This document shows, one piece after another, positions 27,603 through 32,000 of a stretch of 32,000 nt of DNA (its first letter is position 1; each line of letters starts with the position of its first letter). The stretch comes from Sulfolobus acidocaldarius DSM 639 (GTDB lineage Archaea; Thermoproteota; Thermoprotei_A; Sulfolobales; Sulfolobaceae). The DNA lies in contig NC_007181.1 of the NCBI RefSeq assembly GCF_000012285.1, positions 1,350,001 through 1,382,000 on the forward strand, read 5' to 3'. The notes under the pieces were generated by a model. That model was given only the letters and a program-made list of their open reading frames with translations, made no database searches and was not told where the DNA came from. A program made the translations under genes and the position numbers.

Positions 27603-27761
27603 ATGAAAAAAGTTGTAAGCGTCAGATTGAGGGAAGACGTTGTAAACAAAATTGATTACTTTGTATCTGAAATGGGTTTAGAGAGCAGAACAGATTTTCT
27701 AAAACAAGCCTTAGACTATTATGTGAAGAGGAAGAGGTCAACGGCTAAAGGAGTCCTTTAA
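27603..27761 (+). CDS. Ribbon-helix-helix (CopG/Arc/MetJ-type) DNA-binding protein, 52 aa; not in the supplied ORF track
   Basis: My own translation is MKKVVSVRLREDVVNKIDYFVSEMGLESRTDFLKQALDYYVKRKRSTAKGVL*. It has a beta strand (VVSVRL), helix 1, a G-x-x-S-R-T turn and helix 2, which is the classic RHH pattern. A TATA-like CTTTTAATTTATTAAATT at 27563-27580 lies about 25-30 nt upstream. Confidence 0.65.
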   Translation: MKKVVSVRLREDVVNKIDYFVSEMGLESRTDFLKQALDYYVKRKRSTAKGVL

Positions 27762-27838
27762 CATTCTATATGTAAAGAATAACGTATTTTTAATTATCTC
27801 GTCATCTTAAATACCATTTTTTGATTCTAATTTGCGGA

Positions 27839-29014
27839 ATGAAAATCGTACTTGCATACTCAGGAGGATTAGATACGACTGTTGCTATTCGATGGCTAAG
27901 AGAAACCTTCAACGCTGATGTTACAACAGTTACAGTGGATGTAGGTCAAAAGGATGATTTTTATCAAATAGAAAAAAGAGCTTATATAGCAGGAGCAATA
28001 AAACATTATACTATAGATGCAAAAAAGGATTTTGCAGAAAGATATATCTCATACGCAATAAAGATGAATGGTTTATATGAAGATATATACCCTCTCTCAA
28101 CAGCCTTAGCAAGACCATTAATAGTTGAAAAGGTAGTCGAAATAGCCAAGAAAATAGGTGCGGAGGCAATCGCCCACGGCTCGACATCAAAAGGTAATGA
28201 TCAGGTTAGATTTGATTTAGCGGTTAAGGCGTTGTACCCTGAGGCAAAGATCATAGCCCCTGCAAGAATATGGAATATGACAAGGGATAAGGAAATCGAA
28301 TATGCTAAATCGAAAGGAATTCCAATAAAGACAGAAAGTAGTAAGTATAGTATAGATGAAAATCTTTGGGGAAGAAGTATAGAAGGAGATATAATTTCCG
28401 ATCCATCAAAGGAGGTTCCTGAGGACGCATTTGAGTGGACTAAGAAGACAAAAGATGACAAACTTAAGATTTCCTTAACCTTTGATAAGGGTCTTCCTGT
28501 GGAAGTCAATGGAGAAAAAATGGATTTACTTAAGGTTATTCAAGTACTTAATGAGCTCGTTGGTTCAAGAGGTTTTGGAAGAGTTGAACATCTTGAAAAC
28601 AGAGTAGTGGGCTTTAAATCGAGGGAAGTCTATGAGGTACCTGCTGCACTAGTTTTAATTAATTCTCATAAGGACTTAGAGAAATCAACTTACACTCCAC
28701 TAGAATTTAGATTTAAGAGATCTCTTGATGGTCAGTGGAGTGATCTGGTTTATCAGGGTCTATGGTTTGAGCCTTTACGAGAGACTATCCAGATAGCTGG
28801 AGATAATCTAAATAAATGGATCTCGGGGGAGGTATTTATTGAGGTTGAAAATGGTAACATGAAAATCTTAGGCAGAAAAGGAAAGTTCTCTCCATTTTCT
28901 GAGGAGATAGCAAGTTACAATAAGGGCTGGTATCCATCTGACGAGATGGCTAGAGGTTTCATAGAGATCTTTGGTATGCACTCATTGGTGGCCAGAAAAT
29001 CGAGAGGGATATGA
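27839..29014 (+). CDS. argG: Argininosuccinate synthase
   Basis: MKIVLAYSGGLDTTV (PP-loop) and AHGSTSKGNDQVRF. ATG 27839 gives the canonical N-terminus. TATA-like CTTAAATA at 27806-27813 implies a near-leaderless mRNA. The tracked TTG 27821 is rejected. Confidence 0.93.
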   Translation: MKIVLAYSGGLDTTVAIRWLRETFNADVTTVTVDVGQKDDFYQIEKRAYIAGAIKHYTIDAKKDFAERYISYAIKMNGLYEDIYPLSTALARPLIVEKVVEIAKKIGAEAIAHGSTSKGNDQVRFDLAVKALYPEAKIIAPARIWNMTRDKEIEYAKSKGIPIKTESSKYSIDENLWGRSIEGDIISDPSKEVPEDAFEWTKKTKDDKLKISLTFDKGLPVEVNGEKMDLLKVIQVLNELVGSRGFGRVEHLENRVVGFKSREVYEVPAALVLINSHKDLEKSTYTPLEFRFKRSLDGQWSDLVYQGLWFEPLRETIQIAGDNLNKWISGEVFIEVENGNMKILGRKGKFSPFSEEIASYNKGWYPSDEMARGFIEIFGMHSLVARKSRGI

Positions 29015-30338
29015 ATGTTATATAGAAGATGGGGCTCTGATAAAGATTTTGTAATTTCGTACACTTCCTCTAATGAATCTGATAAAGAGATTGTAGAAGA
29101 AGTCAAGCTTACTTTAAAGGCTCATGTTATAGAACTATACTTATCTAATTACATCTCTAAGGATACTGCAAAAAAGATCATTCGTGCAATAAATTCCTTC
29201 AAAGATTACCCTTCCTCAGGCTATGAAGACGTTCATGAAGCTTTAGAGGATTATATTATAAAGAATATAGGAGAAGAGGGAGGTTGGGTTGGACTTGGTC
29301 GCAGTAGAAATGATCATGTAGCTACAGCCCTGAGACTAAGAACTAGAGAATATATTTTTGACATTATGGAAGAACTTTACTTACTTAGGAAGTCCTTAAT
29401 CGAACAGGCTAAGAAAAACCTAAACACGATTATGCCATCTTATACCCATTTCCAGCCTGCTCAACCCACTACTTTGGCTCATTACTTCATGTATTTGGAA
29501 GAAGAGTTAAACACACCATGGGAGGCTTTGTTTAACTCCCTGAAACTAATAAATAGAAGTCCATTAGGTAGCGGAGCAATAGTAGGTAGTAATGTTAAGA
29601 TAGATAGGAAGAGAGAGGCTGAACTGTTAGGCTTTGATGATGTACTTTATAATACAATATCGTCAACCTCTTCAAGGATAGATTTCATTAATGCAATATC
29701 CTCACTGACATTACTAATGCTAGTGTTAAGTAGATTTGCCGAGGATATGATACTACTGTCTTCTATGTTCGTTAATATAATTAAACTTCCAGATAGTCAT
29801 GTCAGTACTAGTAGCCTTATGCCTCAAAAGAGAAATAGTGTAACGATGGAGATCTTGAGAACAAAGGTGGGAGAATGTTATGGAGATTTATCGTCACTAA
29901 TGATGATTTACAAAGGTTTACCTTCTGGGTATAATCTCGATCTGCAGGAGATGAATAAACATTATTGGAATTGTATCAAACATGTGATACCATCAATACA
30001 TATTACAAGAGACATAATTCAAAATATTCAAATCAAAAATTTTGGAGAAATACAAGGCTTAACAGCTACTGATTTAGCTGAAGAAATGGCTATTTCCGGC
30101 ATTCCCTATCGAAAAGCTTATATAGATGTGGCAAACAAAATTAAAGCGGGCACTTTCGTAGCTGGAATTTCTTACACAAAATCCATAGAAAATAAAAAGG
30201 TAATTGGATCTCCAAATCCAAGTTTATTGACACAGGAAATTGAAATTAAAGAAAAGAGACTCAATAATCAACATGAAAAATTTAAGCAATATAAGGAAAG
30301 TGTTATAGAAAAGATGGGTCAATTGGGAGTGATAGAAG

Positions 30339-30358
<20 letters not shown>
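29015..30358 (+). CDS. argH: Argininosuccinate lyase
   Basis: GRSRNDHVATALRL, YTHFQPAQPTT and the fumarate-lyase signature-like SSLMPQKRNS. The ATG immediately follows the argG stop. Confidence 0.92.
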
Positions 30359-31446
<1,088 letters not shown>

Positions 31447-31454
<8 letters not shown>

Positions 31455-32000
31455 GAACGTAAAAAGAGTTTTGGTAATTGGTTCAGGTCCAATAAAGATA
31501 GCTGAGGCAGCAGAATTCGATTACTCAGGAAGTCAAGCACTAAAGGCTCTGAAAGAAGAAGGAATTGAAACAATATTAGTAAACTCTAATGTCGCAACAG
31601 TCCAGACGAGTAGAAAGTTCGCAGATAAACTCTATATGATTCCTGTGACTTGGTGGACTGTAGAGAGGGTAATAGAGAAGGAGAGACCAGATGCGATAAT
31701 GATAGGTTTTGGCGGGCAAACAGCATTGAATGTCGGTGTAGATTTATACAAGAAAGAGATATTGAAAAAATATGGTGTAAAAGTTCTAGGTACACCTATA
31801 GAAGGTATAGAAAGAGCCTTGAGCAGAGAGAAATTCAGGGAAACAATGATTAACGTCAACCTACCTGTACCTCCTAGCCTTTCTGCAAGATCAGAGGAGG
31901 AGGCACTCGAGAAAGCAAGACAGATAGGCTATCCTGTAATGGTCAGGGTGAGCTTTAATTTAGGTGGAAGAGGTTCCACAGTAGCATGGAGTGAAGAAGA
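31447..32000 (+). CDS. carB: Carbamoyl-phosphate synthase large subunit, N-terminal fragment (continues past the window)
   Basis: Not in the ORF track because it has no stop. ATG 31447 overlaps the carA stop by 8 nt. The translation is [55 protein letters not shown]...[16 protein letters not shown], the canonical CarB N-terminus and ATP-grasp. Confidence 0.92.

Noticed and set aside
27603-27761. The RHH ORF as the antitoxin of a type II toxin-antitoxin pair.
   Set aside because: No VapC/RelE/ParE-like ORF follows or precedes it in the operon. The next gene is argG, with its own promoter, and the upstream gene ends in a T6 terminator-like tract. I treat it as a stand-alone RHH regulator instead.

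Overview
This is an AT-rich (about 36% GC) crenarchaeal chromosome segment. Its gene content and order match the Sulfolobales, and most closely Sulfolobus acidocaldarius. From memory, and unverified here, the published locus tags are grsA=Saci_1585, Sa-lrp=Saci_1588, pyrE=Saci_1597 and cdvB3=Saci_1601. Counting ORFs in this window reproduces those three offsets exactly.

The window is almost entirely core biosynthesis, packed into tightly overlapping operons:
- the 3' end of the his operon (hisD'-hisE-hisH-hisI)
- a DUF59 Fe-S assembly gene and serS
- a radical-SAM gene (probable GDGT ring synthase GrsA), two small orphan genes and an Lrp regulator
- the bipolar pyrimidine operon: pyrB-pyrI-pyrK-like-pyrC-pyrD-orf2-orf3-marC on the minus strand, divergent from pyrE-pyrF-orf8
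- an AbrB-PhoU protein directly downstream of an ESCRT-III paralog (CdvB3)
- a tRNA-related group (taw3, queE, nog1-type GTPase, Trbp111-like protein)
- a purine operon (purC-S-Q-L-F-F'-D-M)
- two small DNA-binding proteins, one of them a 52-aa RHH ORF absent from the supplied ORF track
- argG-argH-carA-carB' (carB runs off the 3' edge)

I found no tRNA or rRNA genes, CRISPR arrays, IS elements, integrases or defence-island signatures. I do not see convincing evidence for a large novel system. The observations most worth follow-up are:
- a tandem PurF paralog whose glutaminase catalytic residues are all lost while its PRTase and Fe-S motifs are kept
- the pyrEF-linked orf8, which carries a JAMM/MPN+-like HxH...SxxD signature
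- three uncharacterised genes translationally coupled to the end of the pyrBI...D operon
- the cdvB3/AbrB-PhoU gene pair
- the unannotated RHH plus HTH/C2H2 pair between the pur and arg operons

All functional calls rest on motif recognition by eye. No database search was possible.
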